DNA from: Felis catus
Taxonomy: Eukaryota
DNA: 64,000 nucleotides
NCBI RefSeq assembly: GCF_018350175.1
Contig: NC_058368.1
Span: forward strand, 218,490,001-218,554,000
Direction: 5' to 3'
Below, one piece after another: positions 11,924-23,870 of this stretch. Numbering within the stretch: position 1 is the first letter of the stretch; each line of letters begins with the position of its first letter. Below the pieces are notes generated by a model. That model did not search any database. It worked only from the letters and a program-made list of their open reading frames with translations, and was not told the origin of the DNA. The translations under genes and the position numbers were made by a program.

Positions 11924-13215
11924 AGTTAGAACAAATAATATTAAAATTTGTATGGAACCACAAAAGGCCCCAAATAGCCAAAGTAATGTAGAAAAGGAGA
12001 ACGAAATTTGGAGGCATCACAATCCTGGATTTCAGTCTGTATTACAAAGTTGTAATCAACAAGACAGGATGGAACTGGCACAAAACAGACACACAGACCA
12101 ATGGAATAGAATGAACCCAGAAAGGGACCCACAAATATATGGCCAACTAATCTTCAACAAAGCAGGAAAGAGTATCAAAAGGAAAAAAGACAGTCTCTTT
12201 AGCAAATGGTGCTGGGAGAACTGGTCAGCAACATGCAGAAGAATGAAACTGTACCACTCTTACATCATACACAAAAATTATTCAAAATGGATGAAAGACC
12301 TAAATGTGAACAGGAAACCATCAAAATCCTACAGGAAAAAACAGGCAGCAACCTATTTGACCTTGGCCACAGCAACTTATTACTTGACATTTCACCAAAG
12401 GTAAGGAAAATAAAAGCAAAAATGAACTATTGAGACCTCATCAAGATAAAAAGTTTCTGCACAGCGAAGGAAACAACAGAACTAAAAGGCAACAGATGGA
12501 ATGGGAGAAGATAATTGCAAATGACATATCCAATAAAGGGTTAGTATCAAAAATCTATAAAGAATTTACCAAACTCAACACCCCAAAAACAAATAATCCA
12601 GTGAAGAAATGGGCAGAAGACATGAATAGACATTTTTACAAAGAAGACATCCAGATGGCTAACAGACACTTGAAAAGATGCTCAACATCACTCACCATCA
12701 GGGAAATACAAATCAAAACTACACTGAGATACCACTTCACACCAGTCAGGATGGCTAAAAATAACAGCATAAGAAGCAACAGGTGTTGGTGAGGATGCAG
12801 AGAAAGAGGAACCCTTTCACACTGTTGGAGGGAATGCAAACTGGTGCAGCCACTCTGAAAAACAGTGTGGAGGTTCCTCAAAAAGTTAAAAATAGAATTA
12901 CTCTATAACCCAGCAATAGCACTACTGGGAATTTATCCAAAGGATACAGGAGTGATGAATTGTAGGGGTACATATACCCCAATGTTTATAGCAGTGCTGT
13001 CAACAATAGCCAAATTACGGAAAGATCCCAAATGCTAATCAACTGATGAATGGCTAAAGAAGTTATGGTATGCATGTACAAAGAAATACTACTCAGTGAT
13101 GAAAAAGATTGAAATTTTGCTATTTGCAACATCATGGATGGAACTGGACACTATTATGCTAAGTGAAATAAGTCAATCAAATAAATACAGATATTATTTG
13201 GTTTCACTCATACGC
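11924..13215 (+). pseudogene. Disrupted L1 ORF2 C-terminal region including CCHC knuckle
   Basis: Split across ORFs 11904-12404, 12206-12433 and 12430-12792 by frameshifts; TGA stop after RCW. Confidence 0.92.
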
Positions 13216-13482
13216 AGAATGAGAAACTTAACAAAAGACCATAGGGAAGGGAAATAAAAATAAGATACAGGAGGGAGGCAAACCATAAGAGACTCTTAAA
13301 TACAGAGAACCAACTGAGGATTGATAAGGGTGGAGGGTTGTGGGGGGTGGGAGAAATGGGTAATGGGTGTTGAGGAGGGCATTTACTGGGATGAACACTG
13401 GGTGTTGTATGTAAGTGATAAATTACAGGGATCTACTCCTAAAGCCAAGACTACCCTGTATGTTAACTAACTTGACAAAAAA
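11924..13482 (+). mobile_element. 5'-truncated felid/carnivore L1 (ORF2 C-terminal part, 3'UTR, short A tail) nested in an antisense L1
   Basis: ORF2 peptides [43 protein letters not shown]-rich 3'UTR; short AAGAG duplication at 11919-11923 and 13483-13487. Confidence 0.96.
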
Positions 13483-13668
13483 AAGAGTCTGTTTCCTGGT
13501 TTGCCTCCATTTTTATTTATATGTTCATAAGTTTTGTTTCTTAAATTCTACATATGAGTGAAACCATATGGTATTTGTCTTTCTTTGACATAGTATAATA
13601 TTCTCTGGCTCCATCCACATTATTGCAAATGGCAAGATTTCATTTTTTATGGCTGAGTAATATTCCAT
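13483..13668 (-). mobile_element. Carnivore L1 3' end, host part 2
   Basis: AAGAGTCTGTTTCCTGGTTTGCCTCC...CATATGAGTGAAACCATATGG...GCAAATGGCAAGATTTC. Confidence 0.9.
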
Positions 13669-13747
13669 AACAAAATACATTTTAAATAATAAGTAATCAT
13701 GTATACAGACATTTTTGTGTGTGCATGTGTATATGCACATACATATA

Positions 13748-14359
13748 CAGTCAAATCCCATTATTCACACTAGCCATATCTTATCATATCAACACAAACA
13801 CTGATTTTGCAAATACTAAATCACTGCTCCTAGGGAAAATAAAGGTTTTGAACCTCTCATAATATTTTTGTCAAGTGATCAATACATAAATTTATTTCAC
13901 ATGTGTTTCTGTTTAAAGACACCTTATTTAATATATAGTTGATTCATTAACATTGAGCTGATAACCAACATCACTTTAATTCATACCTGAACACATACTT
14001 TTTCAGTAAAGCTCCTCACACCATTCTTGTGCTTAGGAACCTTTTACAACACTTCAGAACTATTTATGGTGGCCATTTTTACAGTGAAGTGACCAGCAAA
14101 AAAAAAAAAAACCCAAAAGAATGTCAAAAATGTAGCCCTAGATATACCATGAAGACTTCTATAAGATCTGAAACAAGAAGACTTAGTCTCAGCTGGGAAT
14201 GCTCATGCATGTGGATTACTCAAAGTTTTTACCTCATTGAGTATGTTCTCAAATGAATGACCATGTAAACACCACAAATATTGACTTCGGAGTTACAAAG
14301 AAATAAACTTTTGTGAGTAGAAGAAATTACAAATACAGAATCTACAAATAGTGATTCTG
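13748..14359 (+). mobile_element. MER82 (TcMar-Tigger) non-autonomous DNA transposon, near full length
   Basis: TA|CAGTC...CTG|TA termini; internal GTGTTTCTGTTTAAAGACACCTTATTTAATATATA and CTCAGCTGGGAA match recalled MER82 consensus; orientation nominal. Confidence 0.85.
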
Positions 14360-14368
14360 TACACATAC

Positions 14369-14393
14369 GTGTGTGTGTGTGTGTGTGTCTGTG
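14369..14393. repeat. (GT)n microsatellite
   Basis: Read directly. Confidence 0.9.
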
Positions 14394-14626
14394 CAGAGTT
14401 TTTACTTCATGTGGGTAGGATAATTTGGCCAGCAGTTATCAACATGTAACAATGCAGTACATTTTCGAGAAATGAGTACAATACATTTAAATGTGTTATT
14501 TTTCTTTGCTAAAACAAATGTAACTAATGACATAAAAAGGTTTGGGGAAAATAGAGATTATTGCAAGAAAACCAAATCTCTAGACATTTAGAAGCAAAGA
14601 GAAATTCTTAGCTTTATATACATTTT

Positions 14627-14849
14627 TAAAAAAAGTTATATTTATGTATTTTGAAAGAGAGAGGGAGAGGGACTGTGCATGCATGTACACGGAGGAGAAG
14701 AGAGAGAGGGAGACAGAAAGAATCCCAAGCAGGCTCCACACTGTCAGTGGGGAGCCTGACACGGGCCTGAACTCATGAACCCGTCAGATAATGACTTGAG
14801 CCAAAATCAAGAGTCAGATGCCTAAATAACTGAGCCACCCAGGCACCCC
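14627..14849 (-). mobile_element. Can-SINE
   Basis: TSD AGCTTTATATACATTT / AGCTTTACATACCTTT. Confidence 0.94.
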
Positions 14850-14877
14850 AGCTTTACATACCTTTAATTCATTTTTA

Positions 14878-15098
14878 TTTTATTTTATTTTTTTTAATTT
14901 TTTGTTTTATTTGAGACAGAGAGAGACAGAGCATGAGCAGGGGAGGGGCAGAGAGAGAGGGAGACACAGAATCTGAAGCAGGCTCCAGGCTCTGAGCTGT
15001 CAACACAGAGCCTGACGCGGGACTCGAACTCACGAACCGTGAGATCATGACCTCAGCCAAAGTTGGGCGCTTAACTGACTGAGCCACCCAGGCACTCC
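14878..15098 (-). mobile_element. Can-SINE (SINEC_Fc-like), low divergence
   Basis: Perfect 18-bp TSD ACCTTTAATTCATTTTTA (14860-14877, 15099-15116). Confidence 0.96.
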
Positions 15099-16229
15099 AC
15101 CTTTAATTCATTTTTAGATTTGATGCCTTTTTCTAAGTTTTATTGAAAAGACAAGTCTTATAAATCTTTATATTGACTGTTACAAAAGTTTAAATAGTAT
15201 GTGACACAAGAAAGTCATTTAGTTTAAACATTTATTTCATTTCCTGGGACAGGAAGACTCACAACTTCCTGAAAAAGAAGCTTTGGTATCTAGTGCAGAT
15301 ACACTGAAAAGGGAAGGAAACTCAAATTAAATTTAAGAATATATTCATAGAACATTTGTCATTTTTAGTAACAAAAATAACAATTTAACCTGATGTATTA
15401 GCTAATAAAATTGATAAACACCATTTTGAGTAGAATGACTCAAACAAAATCTAGTTCTCACTTTGTCTTTTATTGTTAACACATGCAACTGAGTGGGCAA
15501 AAATATATATTTCTAATAAACAACACTTCAATAATTTCAAAACACTTGCCTTATATGAGTGTGTCTAATGCACAACTTAATGAAGAAAATTATTATAAAG
15601 GCTCATGGCAAGAATTCCAAGCTACCCTTAAAACAAATGTGAAGATATAAGACAATTATTGTTACGTTTTCACATAAAATATGTAGCTACCTTTGCAACT
15701 AAATTCAATAAGTCATATCAATACTACTTTTGGAATCAGGTTGTATAAATACACAAATGATAAGAACACTTTGACAGATCTGAATAATAGCTAACTCAAC
15801 ATTAACCAAAACAAAGATTAATATACTGAGTAAATACTTTAAATCAAGTGACAAGGATCAGTAATACACATTTGCTTTTAATTGTACATCACTTTTAAAG
15901 TATTAAACTTAATGTTAAAAACAGCATATTTAAAAAAAAAGAAGTAGCATATTTACTTTATAACCAGATATTCATAGACTTTAGTACAAAGGGGATATAA
16001 GGAAAATATAGAAAACAAGAAGTTTTTAAAGTCAAATGCATTTAGTGAGAGATAGTTAAACCCTTGACTATTAAACAAACAAAAAAGAAAACTAAAGTGT
16101 AAAGTTCCCTGCAATTTCAGTTTCATATTCAAAATGTCATAACACTTTTTATGCACTTAGAATGAAAACATCCATAGATCTATTTCTAATTCTCTAATTT
16201 TCATGAAAAATAGTTTTATAGCTATTTTT

Positions 16230-16355
16230 CATATATATATGAGAAATATATGAATATATATTTTATGCATATATATGAGAAATATATGAATATATATTTA
16301 TGCATATAAATAATATATGAATATATATTTATGCATATATATATGTATATATATG
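16230..16355. repeat. AT-rich ~35-bp minisatellite, about 3.5 copies
   Basis: Unit approximately CATATATATGAGAAATATATGAATATATATTTATG. Confidence 0.85.
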
Positions 16356-17014
16356 AAGGGTGTTTGTTTTTTCTCAGCAGTATTTAGAACACTTTTGGTA
16401 AGAAACCAGTATATCAGGCAGTTAGACAATGATTTCATGGACTGGTCATGGCAAAATCAACACATTTCACAGTATGGCACAAATTAATGAAAACAGCTGC
16501 AAAATACAAATACTGTCAAATGCCTTTTAGATGTTTGTAATGAAGAAAATGAATCAAAATAAAAATGTATCTAAATGTGAACTTGACATTTCTTTTTTTT
16601 TACTTCCCAAGGTTATATAAAGCTATAGCAAGTATGTCTGAATTAATTAGATGACTCTACGCTAAAGTTTTAAAATGCTATCTTCTTGACAAGAATAGAT
16701 TATTTTTGGATACATAATATATTTATTTATATTTCTAAAAAATGCTATGTAATTGTTGCTTTTCATTTTTTCTCAATAGATTTGAATCTAAGCTTTCTTT
16801 GGCAATATGCACCTGTTTCTATTCCCTAAAACACAAAATAATAAACAAAATATAATAATTGAAAACAATGAGAGATACTTCTTAATATTGTGTTTCATTA
16901 TAATTACAAAATACAATTAATAACTTGACTTTTATAAATAACAGAATGAAAATATATAAAATATTATTCAACTAAGTAATTAATAATGGAACCCATGAAA
17001 TGTTATGTCTGGCT

Positions 17015-17408
17015 CAAATTCAGTAATAAAAAGGAATGAAGTACTAATATCTATTACAATAGGAGAAAAATCATCAGATATTTGGCTAAATGAAAGAAGC
17101 AAATGGAAAAAAACCCACATATTTTAAGATTCTGTTCTGAAATATCTGGAATAGGCAAATCTATAGAGACAGAAGGTAGACTAAGGTTTGCCTAGGAGTG
17201 AGCCAGGAATGGATGAGAAAGAAAGGGGAGGCATTCATGCTAATGTGTACGGTGTTTCTTTTGGGGAGAGTCATGAAAATTTCTAAAATTATTTCCAATG
17301 TTGTGGAAGTTCGTGAATGTGCTAAAAACATTTAATTTTACACTTTAAGTAGGTGATTTGTGTGTGTTAAATTATATCTCAATCGAGGTATTAAAAAAGA
17401 AAGAAAAA
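17015..17408 (+). mobile_element. L1MB-type 3' end
   Basis: ATAAAAAGGAATGAAGTACT...AATAGGCAAATCTATAGAGACAGAAGGTAGA...AATTATATCTCAAT. Confidence 0.85.
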
Positions 17409-20078
17409 TGGACCTAAGATACAGAGTTTTAAAAGGTCTGTCAGAGAATGCCAAAATAAGTTTGCTAATAAAAAAAAGAGCCATCAAACTTTAAATTTGG
17501 GGACTAATTTTCAACTCAAAATATTTATAAGTTTGTATGCAACTTGATAGTGAGTGGTCTTTAGTCAAACAGCAAATGACAAGTCATACGTAGGTATCTT
17601 GCCCTAGAAAATTAGGTACTATTCAAATTGTATACTTATCAAACATGTTCCCAGTAAGATATGTAAGACTCTGTTTACTCTGTATATCAAACTTTTGATA
17701 TTCATTTTTTTCTCAACAACTGTAAAAAACCTCCAATATATTAACTACAGATAATGAGTGAAAAACTGATAAGTAGAAGTTATTTGTTTGCATTATTATG
17801 GAAAACACTTCTACACATTTCTTATTTCGAAGTTGGAAATTTTTTCTTAACACCTCCTTTGCCCTCTTTGTGACCACATATAATTTCAAAACATTGTTCT
17901 TGATCATGCACACACACACTCTCTCCTCTGGTTTCATTTTGCTTTATACGTGATCATTTTTATAGGTGAGGGAATAGGTTGAACCATGTTAAACAATTTA
18001 GGCAGGAGAGTTAACTTGTGTGTAGAAATTTTTGTCAGGAATGTGATTGGACAATCAAAAGACTCTATTAGTTGTTTTTCTATACTGTTGCTATAAAACA
18101 GAACTCAAGAATCTATTCTCAGACTCTATATTCATACTAAAGAGAATTTTCCTCTTCAGGTTTCAGACACCATTTTCACTTGTCAAAGATATAAATTTTG
18201 CCTAGAGCTATAGCAGGGCCTCCAGGCAAACTTCCAAGTAAAAAACAACTCACCTGCTAAATGATACAACTAAATAATAATGATTAATTTATTACAGTAA
18301 CCAACTATCAAAAATGAAAAACAATCTCTATGGGGTATAATAAAAATATTTCATAAGGACTTAATATTTTTTGTAAAATAAGATATGTGGTGAAAAGCAT
18401 TCACAAAGACAAATTAGTAAACTCTTTTTGTTTAATTTATCTTATAAATAAGTCCATTAGCAGTGCATCAAAATAGTCAATATTTTAACACACTCTGCGT
18501 CTTTTCATATTCAGGTATTAGATATAAATTACATAAAATTTGCCTCCCCCAAGTATTTTACACTTTTCTATGAATACTCAAGTCTTAATTGTCACTATCT
18601 CTTTCATATTATATGTAAGATAGCATTTAACTTTAGGTGAAGATTCCTACCACTTTCATTGCAATGCAAAAGCACATCTTATAACCTTGGAAATACAAAG
18701 TTTTTAACTGTTGTGATTGTTCATAGTATGTCTTCAACCACCTATGTTAACTCTAACACACTGAAAGTTATTAACTTCCCTTTCTTAGAGAAAACTAGGA
18801 TGCATGGATGTAACTGAGAACTAGAAAATATGTAATCATATGTATATATTATACGTACATATATTATTAGATTAGCTAAGAACACATCAATTGATCCATA
18901 TTCATGCACAATTCTTTTCCACTTGTTTAAAATAGCAAAATTGAAAACAATCATTAACAGAACTAAAAGATTATAGACATATTAAAGTTAGAAGCAAAAA
19001 TCCCTGTATTAAAAATTATAGGATATATAGAAATCAAGCAAATATCCAAAAATTATTGAGCAACTGAATATAACATTGTTAAAAGGTCTTAAGCATCACT
19101 AAGTATCTTGGAAATTATGTTTTCTCTGACCCACTATAAAACCTAATTAGTATTGATATCACATATTTTGTCACAATTATAATTCTATTGTGTTCAACAC
19201 AATTTTTGCTTTATAATATTAGTATATAGTAGTAATTGCAGTTTATCTAATTCATAAACCAGTATTAGCATTTTGGAAGTTTAGTGTAACTAATGGTTTT
19301 ATGGTAAAACTATTATTTTAAAAATTAAATGTATATTTTTAATGCCCACACTGATTAAATCACTTCAAAGGAATACAGACACTAATTTATTGCCTTTTGA
19401 CAACAACAATAACAAAATATTGAGCATGTCTGGTTTGTCCAAAGATTCAACTTACGTACATAAACTTAGATATCTATATAAAAATGTGTCTGATCTCTCA
19501 AGTTCTGTTTTAAAGTTTAGTATAAATATTCTGCTAGCAAAATGGTAGTATCTGAAGTCTTAGTGCTTGGTCCTCCAAAAAAACATCAATTAAACAATGA
19601 TATATGGACCAAAACACCTTTACAAGAAATCCAAAGTCCAGTCAAGATGTTGCTCCTTGGGAGACAACTTCTCAAACTACTTAAGTATAGTTTTCAAAAC
19701 TCTAAAAACATGACTCTCATATAAAATAGAAGAAATCCATGTCAAAACTTAATGAATGCTTCAGTTACTTATGGAACAAATATCAGTTTAAATTTCATTT
19801 CAGGGAGAATTAGAGAAACAGAACTCAATCAAAGTAGTGCTAAAACTAATTTGCTTACATACCAATCTGGTTACTATTCTTCAGGAGAATAATGTCAGTA
19901 TTTTCTGAGTTTTATTTTTTCAAACAAAATGTATAAAGTAATTTTGCATTATAAATGAATAATAAATTCCAAACCCACACAGAGGTAAATATTCCTAGAG
20001 GCTTAAATATTCCTTGGGAAAACTTATTAAATGAGGGCTTATGGTACTTAAAGGATATGTATATTCAGTTTGTGTTTC

Positions 20079-20294
20079 TTTGTTTTTGAAGTTTATTTAT
20101 TTTTCTGACAGAGACAGAGACAGCACTAGTGGGGGAAGAGCAGAGACGGAAGGAGACACAGAATCCAAAGTAGGCTCCAGACTCTGAGCTGTCACCACAA
20201 AGCCCAATGCGGGGCTTGAACTCACAAACCGTGAGATCAGGACCTGAGACAAAACCAATAGTCTGACAGTTAACCAACTGAGCCACTCAGGCGC
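20079..20294 (-). mobile_element. Can-SINE
   Basis: Full antisense body. Confidence 0.93.
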
Positions 20295-20544
20295 TACTCA
20301 ATTTACATGTCTAAGTTTGAATAATTTTCTTAAAAAAATATAAAAGAAAAATATATATACCTAGTTTAATAAAATAATAGACAATATGTAGAATTAAATT
20401 TGTATACCATTGCTGAATTGAATATTTCTTGACATATTCCATGAGTCTTCTCATCTAAGAGAAGCAATTTTGGAAGATGTAAGTAAAACAATAATTGTAA
20501 GAAAATTATGACACTGTAAGTTTATCTGGAATAACAAAAATTTA

Positions 20545-20783
20545 TTATTTATTTATTTATTTATTTATTATTTATTTATTTATTTTAAAGTTTATTTTTG
20601 AGAGAGAGAGACACAAAGTGGGAGCGGGAGGGGCAGAGAGAGAGAGGGAGACACAGAATCTGAAACGGGTTTCAGGCTCTGAGCTGTCAGCAGAGAGCCA
20701 GACGCGGGGTTCAAATGCACAGGCGGTTAGATTATGACCTGAGCTGAAGTCGGACGCTTAACCGATTGAGCCTCCGGGGTTTC
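20545..20783 (-). mobile_element. Can-SINE with (TTTA)n tail
   Basis: TSD TCTGGAATAACAAAAATTTA / TCTAGAATAACCAAAATTTA. Confidence 0.94.
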
Positions 20784-20899
20784 TCTAGAATAACCAAAAT
20801 TTAGGTCAATTATAAAAATTCATACACACATATATATATATATATATACGCACACAGATGCACATACAGACTTATGGCTTGTTCATAAAAGATATGTCT

Positions 20900-21550
20900 A
20901 TAAAAGTTACCCTCCCTCTGAAAACAACAGGAAAACTGGGAAATATATGAAAAAAAGTTTTTAGACTTGAACTACAGACAGAGCAGGACTGTGATCTCTG
21001 AAAGAAAAAAAATTTAACAAGCCCTGTGATTAACATGGCATACCAGGGTTCTCACTGCACTGAGAAGTGGACATTTCTTTTTGAGGATGCTATTATGACT
21101 ATTGTTTTTGTGGCAGAATGTCAGAGAAAAGAAGAGACGTAAGAGACAGGGCTACAAAGATCAGTTGTTGGGAATCCTCGAATCTTTTGCACTGGGTTCG
21201 TTTGTGTACAGTAGAGAATTTGATGAGGACGGTAAAAGAACGACTTGTAAGCAGCTGGCCACATAATTTCTGGAGCTAATAGCTGGCTAATAGCTGGCTG
21301 GAAACAGTTCAAGTTCAACCAGTCAAAGGTGAGAGACATTGTAACATATAAAATGTGGGGGAGTACCCAAAAGAGTAAATTTTAATAAAAGGACGAAACT
21401 AGGCCCAGAATAAAGATTACAGTGGAATCACCCTAACAAAACTTAGAAACCAGTCATGAAAAGATTAAACATATCCAAAGTAACTGATCTTCATGCTAGA
21501 ACAAAATCAAGCATTCCAGAAATATACAAAATCCAGGCCTCAACAACGTA
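20900..21550 (+). mobile_element. Probable old L1M 5' region
   Basis: ACAGACAGAGCAGGACTGTGATCTCTGAAAGA and later A-rich motifs resemble L1MC/MD 5' sequence. Confidence 0.5.
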
Positions 21551-21552
21551 AA

Positions 21553-21900
21553 GTTCACTTCATCAAAATTTAAATATTCTGTTCTTCAAAAAACACTGTT
21601 AAAATAAAAGGGCAGGCTAGACACTGAGAGAAAATACTTGCAAAATATATCTTTGATAATAAGCTTGTTAATAGTATATAAGAAACTCTTATTATTCAAT
21701 AAAAGGAAGAAAAACAGACAAATTTAGAATATATTGGGAAAATATTTGAAAAGACTCTTTGAAAATGATATATACAGATGATAGCCAAGTATAGAAAAAA
21801 TATACTAAACACATTGTTCTCTGGGGAAATGCAACTTAGCCACAGCAAGGTATAACTGTATACCCAATAAAATGGCTGAATACTTTTAAATCTGTAAATA
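21553..21900 (+). mobile_element. Old L1M ORF2 3' fragment
   Basis: ACTTCATCAAAATTTAAA...GAGAAAATACTTGCAAAATATAT...GGGAAATGCAA...AAAATGGCT. Confidence 0.8.
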
Positions 21901-22299
21901 AAAAATGAGGCATTGAGATCAAGAAAACATAATCTTAATGGACTAGAGCTATTATCTTGCCCATAGTTCACCAGACATTGTCAATGAGAGTCCTGTATGA
22001 AAATTTGACATGAAACCTGTGAAGGTATTTTTTATTTCCAATCACAACAAAATGACAGTTTGGCAAACTTTTGAGATTTTCAAGAAAAAAGTAACATATA
22101 CTCTTCTTGTAATAAACTTAAAGAGTACTCTGTCCTAGTCACTTAATTACTAAACAAACTAAAACTAAAACAAAACAAAAAAGATGTGCAAAAGCTAGTC
22201 TATTAAATAAAACTACATGAGTTCCTTAACTGCCCAAACACAATAATACAAATAGCAAGTGTGAAAAAGTAACACAATATGATTAGATGTATATGAGTG

Positions 22300-22510
22300 A
22301 TACCTTATCGAAGAATGAAAGTAAAGCTTGAAAACGTAGAAGAATATATCATGTTTGCATGGCTATATATAATATTTGAAAATTGTCAGTTTGGCTCAAA
22401 TTCAAAATATAACAAAATTGCCACCAAATTAAAATTCTAAAACAACTGTTTTTGGGACAGAATTACAGCATTGTTAAGTTGATCTGGAAGAGAAAACGTG
22501 AGTGCCCTCA
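22300..22510 (+). mobile_element. Highly degenerate L1M ORF2 fragment
   Basis: ATATCATGTTTGCATGG...TGTCAGTT...TTAAGTTGATCTGGAAG resembles the WRDIPCSW/LKFIWK region. Confidence 0.5.
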
Positions 22511-22529
22511 CCAAAGAATGGCATACCAT

Positions 22530-22754
22530 GGGGAGCCTGGGTGGCTCAGTTGGTTAAATGCCATTAGGGCTCAAGTTATGATCTCAGTGGTTCATGAGTG
22601 GAGCCCCATGTCTGGCTCCACACTGGTGACGTGGAGGCTGCTTGGGATGATCTCTCTCTGTCTCTGTCTCTGTATCTGTCTCTCTCTGCCCCTCCCCTGC
22701 TCATACACACGTGCATGCGCGTTCTCCCTCTCTTTCTCAAACTTAAAACAAAAA
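22530..22754 (+). mobile_element. Can-SINE
   Basis: GGGGAGCCTGGGTGGCTCAG head; TSD approximately TGGCATACCATG / TGGCCTATCATG. Confidence 0.93.
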
Positions 22755-22799
22755 CTGGCCTATCATGCCATGATATTGAATGCCATAAAAACAGCAGAT

Positions 22800-23350
22800 G
22801 ATGAGAGTAGAGCCTTGAGGTAATCTGGCACTGAAAGGTTGGTTAGAGTAAGAGGAGTCATTAAATTAGATTGGGGTGAGGCTTGCAGTAAATGAAGGAC
22901 AGCCAGAAGTATGTAGTGCCACGGAAGCCAAAAGAGAGTGTTTTTAAAAGGTAAGAGAAGTCAGGTGTGTTTATTCCCATTTAATTTAGATTAGAAGCAC
23001 ATAGCAAACTTGGCAATGCACAACTGTAGATTTTTAAAGAAGAAACTAAGTGAAATGCAAGTACCAGAGACCAGATTGTTGTAAATCAAGAATAGGTGAG
23101 CATATCAAAGAAATAAATGTTAAACAGCATTGAAGTTTGCCTGTAAAAATTAGAAGCAAGATACAGGGGCCCATGGGTCACAGAAATTTTTTCTTTCTAA
23201 TTGGAAGTATGTTAATTTGTGATAGAAGTTATGTGTTTTATAAGCTATTGAAACTGATTCAGTGAAGAAAGACAAATGTGTATGTGACTGTTGAGGCCCC
23301 AGGAGTGGATGTATGAGAGAGGGGTAAAACCCTCTTTGGACATCTTTGAA
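22800..23350 (-). mobile_element. L2 fragment (degenerate)
   Basis: GTGCCACGGAAGCCAAAAGAGAGTGTTTTTAAAAGG...GTCAGGTGTGT typical of antisense L2. Confidence 0.6.
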
Positions 23351-23549
23351 GTAAAGATAGTAATTGAACACATAAATTATAAACAGTCATATTTAGTCCA
23401 GAATTGTTATGAAAGGTAACAAGAATTGGGGTGGGGGAAGAGAAGGAAATCTTGAGCCAAGAGGCAAAAATCAGGTAAAAAAAAAAAAAAAACAAACATC
23501 AGGCAGGGGAGAAGTGACCAAAATCCTTTGTATTGCCAGTAAGTCTCAA

Positions 23550-23870
23550 AATGATCTTTCCTCTATAGTTCTCTTACTTATTTCATTTCATGTCCCACTC
23601 CATTGTCCTCATTCTGTTTCAACAACACTAAAGACTTTCTCTGAAATATGCAGACATTCTACTTGTCTTTGCTCCAAGGTACCTTCTCACTAAGAAATAC
23701 ACAGACTACACTATTTTACATTTCAAATCATGCTTCTTCAACATTAAATCCTCCTTGTTCTATCTTACTTTTCCCCTCAAAGAGTTATCTTCCAACAAAC
23801 CTATTAATTAATCATTGTTTATCATCTTTCTCTGCCTACTTCATTGTAAACTTCATGAGAAGATGACAAC
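23550..23870 (+). mobile_element. L2 3' fragment
   Basis: Pyrimidine-rich; ends TTGTTTATCATCTTTCTC...TGTAAACTTCATGAGA. Confidence 0.6.

Noticed and set aside
11904..12792. Apparent multi-ORF operon-like cluster
   Set aside because: Frameshifted pieces of one 5'-truncated L1 ORF2; not retrotransposition-competent
13325..13380. G-quadruplex-like G runs
   Set aside because: The standard G-rich tract of the L1 3'UTR, repeated in other copies
16585..16640. Possible 20-nt exon after a T-tract (CCCAAG|...CAA|GTATGT)
   Set aside because: AAG acceptor and modest donor; such pairs are common in T-rich introns
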